48,622 nt of DNA from Candidatus Staskawiczbacteria bacterium RIFCSPHIGHO2_02_FULL_43_16 (GTDB taxonomy: Bacteria > Patescibacteriota > Minisyncoccia > Minisyncoccales > Staskawiczbacteraceae), in NCBI GenBank assembly GCA_001821935.1, contig MHOU01000010.1, positions 45,157 to 93,778 on the forward strand, read 5' to 3'. This document shows, piece after piece, positions 33,038 to 42,997 of this stretch; position 1 is the stretch's first letter; every line of letters begins with the position of its first letter. The notes below the pieces were generated by a model. It had not been told where the DNA came from and did no database searches. It saw only the letters and a list, made by a program, of their open reading frames with translations. The translations under genes were made by a program, and so were the position numbers.

Positions 33038-33727
33038 ATGGCAAAACTATTTTTATTGAGGCATTTGAAATCACAGTGGAACAAGGATGATCGCTTTGCG
33101 GGGTGGGTGGATAACCCTCTTTCGGATGAAGGTCGGGCGCAAGCGGCGGGAATTGCCGACCAGTTGCGAGGCCAGCAAATTGACGTGGCGTATTGCAATG
33201 CTTTAATTCGTTGCACGGAAACCGTTTTGCGTGTGTATGAAAAAATAGATGGAAAATATCCGTTGTTTTTGCATATTGATGGCGGGAACATGCAAGAATG
33301 GGGAAACTATACTGGCAATGGAATGGGCGAGGTGCCGTTTTACGTGAGCGAAAAATTAAATGAGCGCTATTATGGTAGTGTGCAAGGGTTGAACAAAGCC
33401 CAGTGTAAAAAAGAATACGGTGAGGATGTAGTGCAGCAGTGGCGCAGGGCTTACAAAGTGGCGCCGCCGGAAGGGGAGTCAGGTGAAGACACGTTTAATC
33501 GTGTGTTGCCATTTTACCAACAATACATTGAAAAAGATTTAAAGGCCGGGAAAAATGTGTTGGTGGTGGCCAGCCATAACAGTTTGCGGGCCATTGCCAA
33601 ACATATTGAAAACATTTCTGATGATGACGTGGCGAATTTAGAACTCCCATTTGGGGCGCTGGTGGAATACGAATTTGACCCTTCGACAGGCTCAGGGCAG
33701 GCGGGAAAATTTACTAAGTTGCAATAA
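33038..33727 (+). CDS. gpmA: 2,3-bisphosphoglycerate-dependent phosphoglycerate mutase (histidine phosphatase family)
   Basis: LLRHLKSQWN catalytic His motif. The C-terminal tail carries the in-frame PSTGSGQA repeat. Confidence 0.8.
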   Translation: MAKLFLLRHLKSQWNKDDRFAGWVDNPLSDEGRAQAAGIADQLRGQQIDVAYCNALIRCTETVLRVYEKIDGKYPLFLHIDGGNMQEWGNYTGNGMGEVPFYVSEKLNERYYGSVQGLNKAQCKKEYGEDVVQQWRRAYKVAPPEGESGEDTFNRVLPFYQQYIEKDLKAGKNVLVVASHNSLRAIAKHIENISDDDVANLELPFGALVEYEFDPSTGSGQAGKFTKLQ

Positions 33728-33774
33728 AAACTTCCACGGATTATAATAAGTAAAATTAATTTAATATTTTAAAA

Positions 33775-34212
33775 ATGGAAAATGAAAATCCTATCATAAA
33801 CCCCGTCATTAATCCGGCCAATGAAATTGCGCCCGTTTCCTCGCCCGACAAGCCGCCTGCCGAGCCATCTGCCAAACAAAAATTCAGGTTTAATAAAAAC
33901 CATCTATTTTTAGGGGTAGCGGTGTTGGCAATTATCATTACCGGAGCGGTCCTTGCCGGAAAAACCGGTTTTTTAAACTTCGTGCCGGCAGTAAACCCCT
34001 TTGGAATGTCCCAAGAAGCGGTGGCCAAAAAAGCCATTGATTATATTAATAAAAATCTTATCGCCCAGGGCAGCAGCGCCGCTTCGCTGGGAGCGGTTTC
34101 AGAGGACCATGGGGTGATAAAAATGGAAGTGAAGCTGGGAAAGGAAAGTTTTGTAAGCTATGTGACCAAAGACGGAAAATTATTTTTCGTGGAAGGTATT
34201 TCATTAGAATAA
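33775..34212 (+). CDS. Hypothetical membrane-anchored protein with a Pro-rich N-terminus
   Basis: PIINPVINPANEIAPVSSPDKPPAEP, then a TM helix, then a ~80-aa domain. Confidence 0.45.
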   Translation: MENENPIINPVINPANEIAPVSSPDKPPAEPSAKQKFRFNKNHLFLGVAVLAIIITGAVLAGKTGFLNFVPAVNPFGMSQEAVAKKAIDYINKNLIAQGSSAASLGAVSEDHGVIKMEVKLGKESFVSYVTKDGKLFFVEGISLE

Positions 34213-34216
34213 TAAT

Positions 34217-34447
34217 ATGATAACCATTTATTCCACGCCGACGTGCGTGTACTGCAAAAGTTTAAAAGAGTATTTTACGGAAAAAAACATTCAGTTCCGG
34301 GAAGTTGACGTCGCCGCCGATGAAAAAGAATTGGAAAAAATGGTAGCCATTTCCGGGCAGATGGGCGTGCCGGTGGTTGACTTGGACGGGGAAGTGGTGA
34401 TTGGTTTTGACCGGGCTCGCATTGATGAAATTTTAAAACTTACTTAA
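34217..34447 (+). CDS. Glutaredoxin-like protein (NrdH/Grx family)
   Basis: 76 aa. Redox motif TCVYC. Thioredoxin fold. Confidence 0.75.
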   Translation: MITIYSTPTCVYCKSLKEYFTEKNIQFREVDVAADEKELEKMVAISGQMGVPVVDLDGEVVIGFDRARIDEILKLT

Positions 34448-34448
34448 C

Positions 34449-35465
34449 ATGGCAAAAGTGGCAATCAATGGTTTTGGTCGCATTGGGCGGCAGGTGTTTA
34501 AGCGGATATTGCAAATGTATCCTGATTTGGACGTGGTGGCTATTAACGATTTAACAGACACCAAAACCCTGGCGCATTTATTACAATATGATTCCAATTA
34601 CGGCATGTTTGGCAAAGAAGTCATCCATAAAGAGCGCGCCATTTCCATTAACGGTAAAGAATATGCCGTGCTGGCCGAAAAGGATCCGGCCAAATTGCCC
34701 TGGAAAAAATTGGGCGTTGATATTGTGCTAGAATGCACTGGCTTTTTTACAGACAAAGAATCTGCCGGTCTGCACCTGGCTGCCGGCGCCAAAAAAGTGA
34801 TTATTTCCGCTCCCTGCAAATCAAAAGACGTACCCAGTTTTGTGTTGGGCGTAAACGCTGAAAAATATGACGGCAGTGTAGATGTGATGGACATGGGCAG
34901 CTGCACCACCAATTGCTTGGCTACGGTTGCCAAGGTTTTGCAAGATAATTTTGGAATTGAAAAGGGGTTTATGACCACCGTTCACAGCTACACCAATGAT
35001 CAGAGCATTTTGGATCTTCCTCACAAAGATTTACGGCGTGCCCGGGCAGCAGCGGTTAATATTATTCCCACCAGTACCGGGGCCGCCAAGGCGATTGGAA
35101 AGGTAATCCCTCAACTTGAAGGAAAATTAGACGGCATTGCCATCCGGGTGCCAACACCGGTGGTTTCAGTTTTAGACTTGATTGTCAATGTGGACAGAGC
35201 CACCACCAAAGAAGAGGTGAATGAAGCATTCCAGTTGGCCGCCGCCAAAGACACGTTTAAAGGAATTTTGGGGGTTGAGGAACAGCCGTTGGTTTCCAGT
35301 GATTTTAAGGGTGATTCGCGTTCGTCTATTGTTGACCTTCAAGAAACCATGGTAAGCGGTAATTTGGTCAAAGTCCTGGCTTGGTATGATAACGAGTGGG
35401 GATTTAGCTGTAGACTCGCCGAATTCACAGAATTCGTAGCGAGCCAGCTAAATATGCATTCGTAA
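34449..35465 (+). CDS. gap: Glyceraldehyde-3-phosphate dehydrogenase
   Basis: INGFGRIGR NAD-binding motif and SCTTNCLA catalytic Cys. Confidence 0.95.
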   Translation: MAKVAINGFGRIGRQVFKRILQMYPDLDVVAINDLTDTKTLAHLLQYDSNYGMFGKEVIHKERAISINGKEYAVLAEKDPAKLPWKKLGVDIVLECTGFFTDKESAGLHLAAGAKKVIISAPCKSKDVPSFVLGVNAEKYDGSVDVMDMGSCTTNCLATVAKVLQDNFGIEKGFMTTVHSYTNDQSILDLPHKDLRRARAAAVNIIPTSTGAAKAIGKVIPQLEGKLDGIAIRVPTPVVSVLDLIVNVDRATTKEEVNEAFQLAAAKDTFKGILGVEEQPLVSSDFKGDSRSSIVDLQETMVSGNLVKVLAWYDNEWGFSCRLAEFTEFVASQLNMHS

Positions 35466-35468
35466 AAA

Positions 35469-35660
35469 GGGGGTCGGGGAAATTGGTAAGGGAGCTTTTT
35501 ACGCGACACTTAGTTCTGCTCAGACAGAACCCCGTGAAGGAAAACAGTGCCGTCAATACGCACACGCGTGTGCGTATTGACGGACACGTTAGAAACCGTG
35601 GGTTTCTAAGGAGCGAACCCGAAGGGGGAGCGACAGAGTGGGCTTCTCTTGTCGATTGGC
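35469..35660 (+). ncRNA. Candidate GC-rich structured element; the overlapping 64-aa ORF is probably spurious
   Basis: Starts with GGGGGTCGGGGAAA, as does 8983. Perfect 34-bp palindrome CCGTCAATACGCACACGCGTGTGCGTATTGACGG. Hairpins GTTCTG-ctcaga-CAGAAC and TTAGAAACC-gtg-GGTTTCTAA. Confidence 0.25.
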
Positions 35661-35690
35661 GGAGTTTACGGATTTGATAGCAAAAAAGTT

Positions 35691-35763
35691 ATCCCGATCA
35701 ATTTAGCAAAGCTAAATTGATACGGGATCCCGTATCAAAATTTATACTAAATTTTTATCGGGA
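35691..35763. repeat. Palindromic mini-element, copy 2 (TIR ATCCCGAT...ATCGGGAT), without a nested tRNA
   Basis: Homologous to the arms around tRNA-Ile at 22684..22831, with the same internal palindromes. Confidence 0.6.
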
Positions 35764-35822
35764 TAGTTTTATACAAAAAAATGAACCCGGCCTTGATGGT
35801 CGGGTTCTTGGTTGAGGCGGGA

Positions 35823-36104
35823 TTATGGATGGCCGACAGAAAAAGACAACCATGCGCCAACCGCCAGGGAGTACTCCGCGGTACTATCTTGTCCGCTTTT
35901 GACGATGATACCTAGTTTTTCGAGTTTGTTAATGTACTCGCAAACCTTGGCTTCGTCCCACACCGCCAATGTAACGAGATCACGCATTGATAGGCTTATC
36001 TTGTTTTGTTTGGCGCGGAAGAGTTCCGCTTGGATGTAAAGCTTTTTTAAGCTATCGGGATCGTTGATGCCGATCTTGTTGGCGCTAACACAATCTTGCA
36101 GCAT
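35823..36104 (-). CDS. Hypothetical protein, possibly winged-helix-like
   Basis: 93 aa. An intrinsic terminator (GAACCCG-gccttgatggt-CGGGTTC followed by T7 on the minus strand) follows its stop. Confidence 0.4.
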   Translation of the reverse strand: MLQDCVSANKIGINDPDSLKKLYIQAELFRAKQNKISLSMRDLVTLAVWDEAKVCEYINKLEKLGIIVKSGQDSTAEYSLAVGAWLSFSVGHP

Positions 36105-36232
36105 AGCTTTTTTCTCCGGTGGTTGAATAGAATCAAAGGGCGACTAAGTTAGATTCTATACTGTTCATTGAATTTGTCAAACCTTGTTCTCTAAATTTCT
36201 AAAAGGTATAATGACTGAATAAGATAATAAAG

Positions 36233-38665
36233 ATGAAAAATGTTTTGTGGTTTAAAGAGCTAGGCATTAAAGATGTGCCGCAGGTGGGCGGGAAAAATGC
36301 CTCGCTTGGTGAAATGTATAATAATTTGCTAAGTAAGGGAGTTAATTTGGCAAACGGTTTTGCCACCACCTCCCAGGCTTATTTTATTTTTCTGGAAAAA
36401 AGCGGCTTGTCTTTGCAAATCCAGAACATTTTAAAAGATATTAATGTGCATGACCTGGCCGCACTGCAAGAAAAAGGCAAGAAAGTGCGCCAGCTTATTT
36501 TGAGTGTTAATTTGCAGCCCGCCCTTCAAGAAGAAATCATCGCGGCTTACCGCCAGCTGTCGGATATGTACGGGTCAAAAAATACCGATGTGGCAGTAAG
36601 GTCTTCGGCCACTGCCGAAGACCTGCCCGGAGCCAGTTTTGCCGGCCAACAGGAAACGTTTTTAAATGTTACCGGGGAACAAAATGTATTGGAGGCGGTG
36701 AAAAAATGCTTTGCATCTTTGTTCACTGACCGGGCCATTGCTTACCGCCAGGAAATGGGGTTTGGGCATACCAAAGTGGGCTTATCGGCTGGCATCCAAA
36801 AAATGGTGCGCTCCGACGTGGGCGCCAGCGGCGTGATGTTTTCCTGTGACACGGAAAGCGGTTTTGGCGACGTGGTGCTCATTAACGCCAGCTATGGTTT
36901 GGGTGAAAATGTGGTGTTGGGAAGAGTGGAGCCGGACCAATATTACGTGTTTGAGCCTACCCTAAAAACGGGGCACAAACCCATTATCCAAAAAAAAATC
37001 GGGTCAAAGCTTTTGACCATGGTTTACACCAAAGACCCAAAAAACCCGATTAAAAACACCAAAACCTTGCCAAAAAACCAGCAATCATTTGTGTTGGCAG
37101 ATGAAGAAATTTTGCAGCTGGCTAAGTGGTCAATGCTGGTGGAAGCCCACTACCAAAAACCCATGGACATGGAATGGGCCAAAGACGGTATTGACGGCAA
37201 ATTGTATATTGTCCAAGCTAGGCCCGAAACCGTACAAAGCAAACGGAACGTGAATGTGCTAGAAGATTACGTTTTGCAAACACCCAAAACCCAACACCTA
37301 ACACCCATTGCTAGGGGCATGAGTGTCGGGGGAAAAATCGGATCCGGCAAGGCCCATAAAATTTTAAGCCCGAAGGATATTAATAATTTCAAAAAAGGGG
37401 AAGTGCTGGTAACCGGCATGACAGACCCGGACTGGGTGCCGGCCATGAAACTGGCCAGCGCGATTATTACCGACCAGGGCGGTCGCACGGCTCACGCGGC
37501 CATTGTTTCCCGTGAATTGGGAATTCCCTGCATTGTGGGCGCGGGCAATGCCACTAAAACCGTAAAAACCGGCCAGGAAATTACCGTGGATTGTTCCGGC
37601 GGAGAAGAGGGCTTTGCTTACGAAGGCATTATTCCGTTTGAAATAAAAAAAGTAGATATTTCAAAATTAAAAAAGCCCAAAACTAAAATCGCCATGAACT
37701 TGGCAGACCCTTCCCAAGCCTTTAATTTAAGCTTTATTCCCAATGACGGCGTGGGCCTAGCGCGGGAAGAATTTATTATTGCCAACACCATCAAAATTCA
37801 CCCCAACGCCCTGATAGATTACAAAAAATTAAAGCCGGCGCTGCGTAAAAAAATTGACGCGCTGACGCTGGGGTATGAAAATAAGATTGATTTTTACGTT
37901 GATAAATTGGCCGAAGGGGTGGGGAAAATTGGCGCGGCATTTTACCCAAAACAGGTGATAGTGCGATTTTCTGATTTTAAAACCAACGAATACCGTCAGT
38001 TGGTAGGCGGCGAGCTTTACGAAATGCATGAAGAAAATCCCATGATGGGTTTTCGCGGAGCTTCCCGGTATTATCACGAAAGTTTCAAGCAGGCCTTTAT
38101 GTTGGAATGCCAGGCCATTAAAAAAGTGCGGGAGGAATTTGGCATTGATAACGTGCAAGTGATGATTCCCATGTGCCGGACTATTGAAGAGGGCCAGAAG
38201 GTGCTGGAAGTCATGAAGGAAGCCGGTTTGGTGAAAGGTGAGAACCCTTCGACAGGCTCAGGGCAAGTGGCCTTGAAAGTATATGTCATGTGCGAACTTC
38301 CGGCTAACGTGGTTTTAGCAGAACAGTTTTTGGAAATGTTTGACGGCTTTTCCATTGGGTCTAATGATTTAACCCAGTTTACCCTGGGCCTGGACCGCGA
38401 TAATTCGGAAATGTCCGGCGTTGCCAACGAAAAAAATGATGCGGTGAAAGAATTAATTAAAGAGGCGGTGCGGGTTTGTAAAAAAATGGGGAAATATTCG
38501 GGCATTTGCGGAGACGCGCCTTCCACATTCCTTGAATTTACCAAATTTTTGGTAGACCAGGGCATTGAATCAATTTCTTTGTCATCAGACGCCATTATTA
38601 AAACTACGATGGCGGTACTTGAGTATGAAAAGGAAAAATCCGCAAATACAATTAATAGGACGTAG
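36233..38665 (+). CDS. ppsA: Phosphoenolpyruvate synthase (pyruvate, water dikinase)
   Basis: 810 aa. N-terminal ATP-grasp, central phospho-His domain, C-terminal PEP-utilising domain. In-frame PSTGSGQVA insert relative to E. coli ...GENG-LKIIMMCE.... Confidence 0.9.
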   Translation: MKNVLWFKELGIKDVPQVGGKNASLGEMYNNLLSKGVNLANGFATTSQAYFIFLEKSGLSLQIQNILKDINVHDLAALQEKGKKVRQLILSVNLQPALQEEIIAAYRQLSDMYGSKNTDVAVRSSATAEDLPGASFAGQQETFLNVTGEQNVLEAVKKCFASLFTDRAIAYRQEMGFGHTKVGLSAGIQKMVRSDVGASGVMFSCDTESGFGDVVLINASYGLGENVVLGRVEPDQYYVFEPTLKTGHKPIIQKKIGSKLLTMVYTKDPKNPIKNTKTLPKNQQSFVLADEEILQLAKWSMLVEAHYQKPMDMEWAKDGIDGKLYIVQARPETVQSKRNVNVLEDYVLQTPKTQHLTPIARGMSVGGKIGSGKAHKILSPKDINNFKKGEVLVTGMTDPDWVPAMKLASAIITDQGGRTAHAAIVSRELGIPCIVGAGNATKTVKTGQEITVDCSGGEEGFAYEGIIPFEIKKVDISKLKKPKTKIAMNLADPSQAFNLSFIPNDGVGLAREEFIIANTIKIHPNALIDYKKLKPALRKKIDALTLGYENKIDFYVDKLAEGVGKIGAAFYPKQVIVRFSDFKTNEYRQLVGGELYEMHEENPMMGFRGASRYYHESFKQAFMLECQAIKKVREEFGIDNVQVMIPMCRTIEEGQKVLEVMKEAGLVKGENPSTGSGQVALKVYVMCELPANVVLAEQFLEMFDGFSIGSNDLTQFTLGLDRDNSEMSGVANEKNDAVKELIKEAVRVCKKMGKYSGICGDAPSTFLEFTKFLVDQGIESISLSSDAIIKTTMAVLEYEKEKSANTINRT

Positions 38666-38723
38666 GATTGGTTAGTCACACATCATCTCCACACCCATGC
38701 ACCAACGCATGGGTGTAAGAAAT

Positions 38724-39155
38724 ATGCCAACATTCCACCTAAATAGTTTACCAAAAGAAAAGAGAATTCAAATGATTGGCGAGTTTTATGATACGGTTGA
38801 TTCACTGAAAGACAGGCAAGAGGTTCGCTCATTTTTCAAATCATTGCTAGCCGCCGATGAAATTGCTGCGCTCATGAGGAGGATTGAAGTGGCAATGCTT
38901 CTATCTGCTGAATATAGCTACGATAAAATCAAGAAAATGTTGGGGGTGGGGAATAATAAAATTTCTAGTGTGCATAAAGCGTTGCTTCAAGACGATAGTG
39001 GATATGCTATGATTGTTAAAAGATTGATTGAGGACAGGAAAAATAGGTTAATAAAAATAAAAAAAGAAGGGAAGGGTACAATAGACGAAAAAGAATTAGA
39101 AAGGGAGGCGCTACTATTTACTCCGTCGTCTGCGGCGGTCAGGAGAAAGAAATAG
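38724..39155 (+). CDS. TrpR-like YerC/YecD family protein, second paralogue
   Basis: About 70% identical over ~110 aa to the protein at 31974..32327, with a C-terminal extension. Confidence 0.65.
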   Translation: MPTFHLNSLPKEKRIQMIGEFYDTVDSLKDRQEVRSFFKSLLAADEIAALMRRIEVAMLLSAEYSYDKIKKMLGVGNNKISSVHKALLQDDSGYAMIVKRLIEDRKNRLIKIKKEGKGTIDEKELEREALLFTPSSAAVRRKK

Positions 39156-39209
39156 TAATTATGGCACACTTATGCATTGGTGCGTGGGTACACTCAATTA
39201 AATAAAAGC

Positions 39210-40193
39210 ATGGAAAATCAAGTAAATCCTACACCTAATCCTATAAATAATAATTTTCCAGAAAAAAGATATATCTCCACTGGAATGGGGATTTTAGTTA
39301 TTTTAGTTATGGCATTTTTACTTTTTGGTGGGGTATTTGCATATCAGTATTTCGTAGTAAGGCAAGTTTCATTAATTAATATTGAGCCATCAACTAATGC
39401 AAAAAATTCGAATACCTTTGTAATAGATTGGACAGAAGGCAGGGAATATAGCGAGCATGTAGTAAGTAAAGAAGCTAAGTTTACTATTCACAGACAGCCT
39501 ACTGAATATAGTTACGACAAAGAATTAGGTTGGCCAGTAATAAAAAATATTGCAGATCAACAAGTTTTAATTAAAATAAATAATATTCTTGATTTTGATA
39601 CGAATTTAAAGAAATATTATAGTAATACATTCAGTGAGTTCGATGCAACTGAAAATAATGGTATTACATCAATAGGTTTTGATGTAAATTATGATAAAAA
39701 TAACATTTTGAGTTTGATAATCCATATTGCTCATTATGGAGCTTACCCTGATGAAAATACTATAAATTATTTAATAAATCTTAAAAGCGGAGAAGTACTT
39801 AAATTCACTGATATTTTTCATCAGGAAAATGCTGAAGGCCTACTAAGCTTGTTAAATAAAAAGTTGCAGAATAATATTGACGAGAGAATAGATTTCGAAA
39901 AAAACGAAAACTCCAAGAGGATAGATCCTTTGGCTCAATTAAACGCATGTTCTGATGTGGAGATGATTCAGATTCTTCAAAGAGTAAAAGAGTATGCCAT
40001 AATAACCAATGGGGATTTAACTGATTTTACAAATTTCAAGATTACTGCAGATGGTGTGTATTTTGTGTTTGAATTTGGATTTAATCATGCAACTCATGCC
40101 TGTGAGCCTGAGGGTAATTTAATTCTGACTTATTCAGAATTAAAGCCCTATATCAGTTTAGATGGTTTATTAGCCAGTGAAATTAAAAATTAA
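39210..40193 (+). CDS. Hypothetical membrane-anchored protein, very AT-rich gene (possibly a DUF3298/DUF4163-like fold)
   Basis: N-terminal TM helix. Composition is markedly lower in GC than the neighbouring genes. ATG at 39210; the tracked ORF starts at a TTG at 39177. Confidence 0.45.
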   Translation: MENQVNPTPNPINNNFPEKRYISTGMGILVILVMAFLLFGGVFAYQYFVVRQVSLINIEPSTNAKNSNTFVIDWTEGREYSEHVVSKEAKFTIHRQPTEYSYDKELGWPVIKNIADQQVLIKINNILDFDTNLKKYYSNTFSEFDATENNGITSIGFDVNYDKNNILSLIIHIAHYGAYPDENTINYLINLKSGEVLKFTDIFHQENAEGLLSLLNKKLQNNIDERIDFEKNENSKRIDPLAQLNACSDVEMIQILQRVKEYAIITNGDLTDFTNFKITADGVYFVFEFGFNHATHACEPEGNLILTYSELKPYISLDGLLASEIKN

Positions 40194-40196
40194 ACT

Positions 40197-41162
40197 ATGT
40201 TTGACATAATCACTTTCGGGTCGGCTACTCAGGATTTAATTTTGAAGCCGAAAAATGTGACCACGTTGCATTATGAAAAGTCTCCTAGCCAGAAAGAGGT
40301 GTGTTTTCCGATCGGGTCGAAAGTTGATATAGAAAAGATGGATTTTTATTCTGGAGGGGGTGGAACCAACACTGCCGCCACGTTTGCCTTGCAAGGTTTT
40401 AAAACCGCTTTTTGCGGCATGGTGGGGCAAGATGTTTCCGGCCAGGAAATTATCAATGAGTTGAAGGCGTTAAAAATAAATACGGTTTTGGTTCAAAAAA
40501 CCGCTGAAAAACGGACCAACCATTCCGTGATTATTTTAAACACGGGAACCGACAGGACGATTTTGGCCTACCGTGGCGCTGCCGAGTTGATGAAAGACGT
40601 GCCTTTTAGAAAAATATCGGCCAAGTGGCTATATTTGGCACCGCTTTCAGGACTGTTGTGTGATAGTTTTGAACAGCTGGTAAATTTCGCCCATCAAAAT
40701 AACATAAAGGTTGCCGTCAATCCGGGCATGGCGCAATTATCACTGCCGAATTTTGCCCAGATCGCCAAAAAAATTGATGTGTTGATCATGAACCAGGAAG
40801 AAGCCAGTTTTTTGACCAAAGTGCCGGTTGAAAACGAAAAAGAGATATTTAAAAAACTGGATGAAATTTGTTCGGGTATTGTGGTGATGACTCGCGGCGG
40901 TGAAGGTGTGGTGGTTTCTGATGGCAAGCAACTGTTTGGCGCGGTTCCGCCAAAAGAAAGAAATATTGTTGACACCACGGGGGCGGGTGATGCGTTTGGG
41001 TCTGGTTTTGTAGGCGAGTTTATGCGCAGCGGTGATATTGAAAAGTCTATCCAATGTGGCATGGCTAATTCTGTCGGTTGCTTATCAGAAGTGGGAGCCA
41101 AACATGGATTATTGAAGAAGGGCCAGGAGTTTGAAAAAGTGGAGGTTATAAAAAATATATGA
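40197..41162 (+). CDS. PfkB-family carbohydrate kinase (ribokinase-like)
   Basis: DTTGAGDAFGSGFV signature near the C-terminus and a GG dipeptide in the N-terminal half. Confidence 0.8.
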   Translation: MFDIITFGSATQDLILKPKNVTTLHYEKSPSQKEVCFPIGSKVDIEKMDFYSGGGGTNTAATFALQGFKTAFCGMVGQDVSGQEIINELKALKINTVLVQKTAEKRTNHSVIILNTGTDRTILAYRGAAELMKDVPFRKISAKWLYLAPLSGLLCDSFEQLVNFAHQNNIKVAVNPGMAQLSLPNFAQIAKKIDVLIMNQEEASFLTKVPVENEKEIFKKLDEICSGIVVMTRGGEGVVVSDGKQLFGAVPPKERNIVDTTGAGDAFGSGFVGEFMRSGDIEKSIQCGMANSVGCLSEVGAKHGLLKKGQEFEKVEVIKNI

Positions 41163-42022
41163 AAACATTAAAATATTATTTTGCAAAAGCAAAAAAAGAA
41201 AAGTTTGCTATCGGGCAGTTTAATTTTTCGGATTGGTCGCAGGTGAAGGGGATTATAGCGGCGGCGGCGAATTTAAAATCGCCGATTATTTTGGGTACCT
41301 CCGAAGGTGAAAGCAAGTTTGTGGGCTCACAAGAGGCGGTGGCCATGGTGAAAATTTTGCGTAGAAAAACGGGGTTGCCTATTTTTTTGAATTTAGACCA
41401 CGCTAAATCTTTTGAATATATTAAAGAAGCTATTTTGGCGGGTTACGACATGGTACATTTTGACGGGTCAAAGTTGCCGTTGGAAGAAAATATAAAAATT
41501 AGTAAAAAAGTGGCGGCACTGGCCAAAAAGCATGGCGTGGTGGTGGAAGGGGAAGTGGGCCGGTTTGGCACCGATGCATCAAGGCTGTATAAAGAAAAAT
41601 TTGAAATAAAAGAAGAAGATTTGACCAGCTCGGCTGATGCCCAGCTTTATGTTAAAAAAACCGGGGTGGATGTGCTGGCAGTTTCGGTGGGAACGTTTCA
41701 TGGCATAGACAATTCCGGGGCTTCGCCCAATATCCGGCTGGAGCGGTTAAAAGAAATTGCCGAAAAGGTGGCCTTACCACTGGTGTTGCATGGAGGATCT
41801 GGCACGCCCGAAAAAGATGTTGCGCAAGCCATTGGCCTTGGCATTTGCAAGATTAATATTAATACCGATATTCGGCTAGCGTTTTCCGCCAGGCTGCGCA
41901 AAATGCTGGAAATAAATAAAGACGAAATTACTCCGTATAAATATTTGGCTGAACCGATTGAGGCGGTGCGGGCGGTGGTGGAAGAGAAAATCAAGCTGTT
42001 TGGTTCTGTTTCAAAAGCATAG
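41159..42022 (+). CDS. fba: Class II fructose-bisphosphate aldolase
   Basis: LDHAKSFEYIKEAILAGYDMVHFDGS and HGGSG motifs. Confidence 0.85.
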   Translation: MKTLKYYFAKAKKEKFAIGQFNFSDWSQVKGIIAAAANLKSPIILGTSEGESKFVGSQEAVAMVKILRRKTGLPIFLNLDHAKSFEYIKEAILAGYDMVHFDGSKLPLEENIKISKKVAALAKKHGVVVEGEVGRFGTDASRLYKEKFEIKEEDLTSSADAQLYVKKTGVDVLAVSVGTFHGIDNSGASPNIRLERLKEIAEKVALPLVLHGGSGTPEKDVAQAIGLGICKININTDIRLAFSARLRKMLEINKDEITPYKYLAEPIEAVRAVVEEKIKLFGSVSKA

Positions 42023-42143
42023 AAACTCTTTACAGGAGGGAATAAGTATAGTAATATCCTGAGTAATGGGGGCTGGTGCATCCAAAAGGTACGTGCTTTG
42101 TGGCACGGGTGAGGCACCAGCTTCCATCCTTTTTAAATATAAT

Positions 42144-42842
42144 ATGATTTCATTACAAGCAAAAACCAGGAAAGAATTTGGAAAGAAAACCGGATCCATG
42201 AAAGCCAATGGGTCTATTCCTGCCGTGGTGTATGGTCCCGGGGAAAAGAATTTTTCCATTGAAGTTTCAGAGAAAGATTTTAAAAAAGTGTTTGCCAAAG
42301 CCGGCGAAAGTTCTTTGGTTGAATTGCATATTGAAGGCGAGTCTGCCAAAAAACCCGTGTTAATCCACGAAATCCAAAAAGATCCGGTTTCAGATTTGAT
42401 CATCCATATTGATTTTTACCAGGCCGATTTGAAAGAGGAGGTGCAGGTGGCCGTGCCCCTTGTGTTTGAAGGGGTGGCTCCGGCTGAAAAAGAATTGGGC
42501 GGAACGTTGAATAAAAATATGTTGGAGCTGGAAGTAAAAGCTTTGCCTACTAATTTGCCCCAGGAAATTAAAGTTGACATTTCAGGGCTTAAAACCTTTG
42601 AAGACCATATTTTGGTGAAAGATCTGGCCATTCCTGCCAACGTTACGGTGATAAAAGCCGGTGACGAAATTGTGGCTGCGGTGCTGGCTCCGGTAAAAGT
42701 GGAGGAAGAGTTGGCCGCGGAAATTACTGAAAACGTGGAAGATGTGGAAAAGGTAGAGAAAGAAAAGAAGGAGGAAGTGGTAATTGAAGATCCCGATAAA
42801 GCAAAGGCTCCAAAAGAAGAAAAACCAAAAGCCGCCCAATAA
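42144..42842 (+). CDS. rplY: 50S ribosomal protein L25 (Ctc form) with an acidic/lysine-rich tail
   Basis: MISLQAKTRKEFGKKTGSMKANGSIPAVVYG is the L25 N-terminus. ATG at 42144 preferred. Confidence 0.85.
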   Translation: MISLQAKTRKEFGKKTGSMKANGSIPAVVYGPGEKNFSIEVSEKDFKKVFAKAGESSLVELHIEGESAKKPVLIHEIQKDPVSDLIIHIDFYQADLKEEVQVAVPLVFEGVAPAEKELGGTLNKNMLELEVKALPTNLPQEIKVDISGLKTFEDHILVKDLAIPANVTVIKAGDEIVAAVLAPVKVEEELAAEITENVEDVEKVEKEKKEEVVIEDPDKAKAPKEEKPKAAQ

Positions 42843-42925
42843 TATTGGGCGAGTCGCCGAAGGCGAACCTCGCTGATGGCGGGCCTCGCCCTATGGGGCG
42901 GGAAGAAAAAAAGTAATATTTTAAG

Positions 42926-42956
42926 CAAAAAGGCGCCCCGCGGGGCGCCTTTTTGC
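42926..42956. terminator. Strong bidirectional intrinsic terminator
   Basis: AAAAAGGCGCCCCGCGGGGCGCCTTTTT. Confidence 0.75.
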
Positions 42957-42997
42957 TGCCATTTGACAAGGTTTTTTAGAATAGTTACAATAAACCC

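Noticed and set aside
35483-35677. 64-aa ORF in the GAPDH downstream spacer
   Set aside because: It lies entirely within a GC-rich palindromic region (a perfect 34-bp palindrome), so the codon content reflects structure. No SD.
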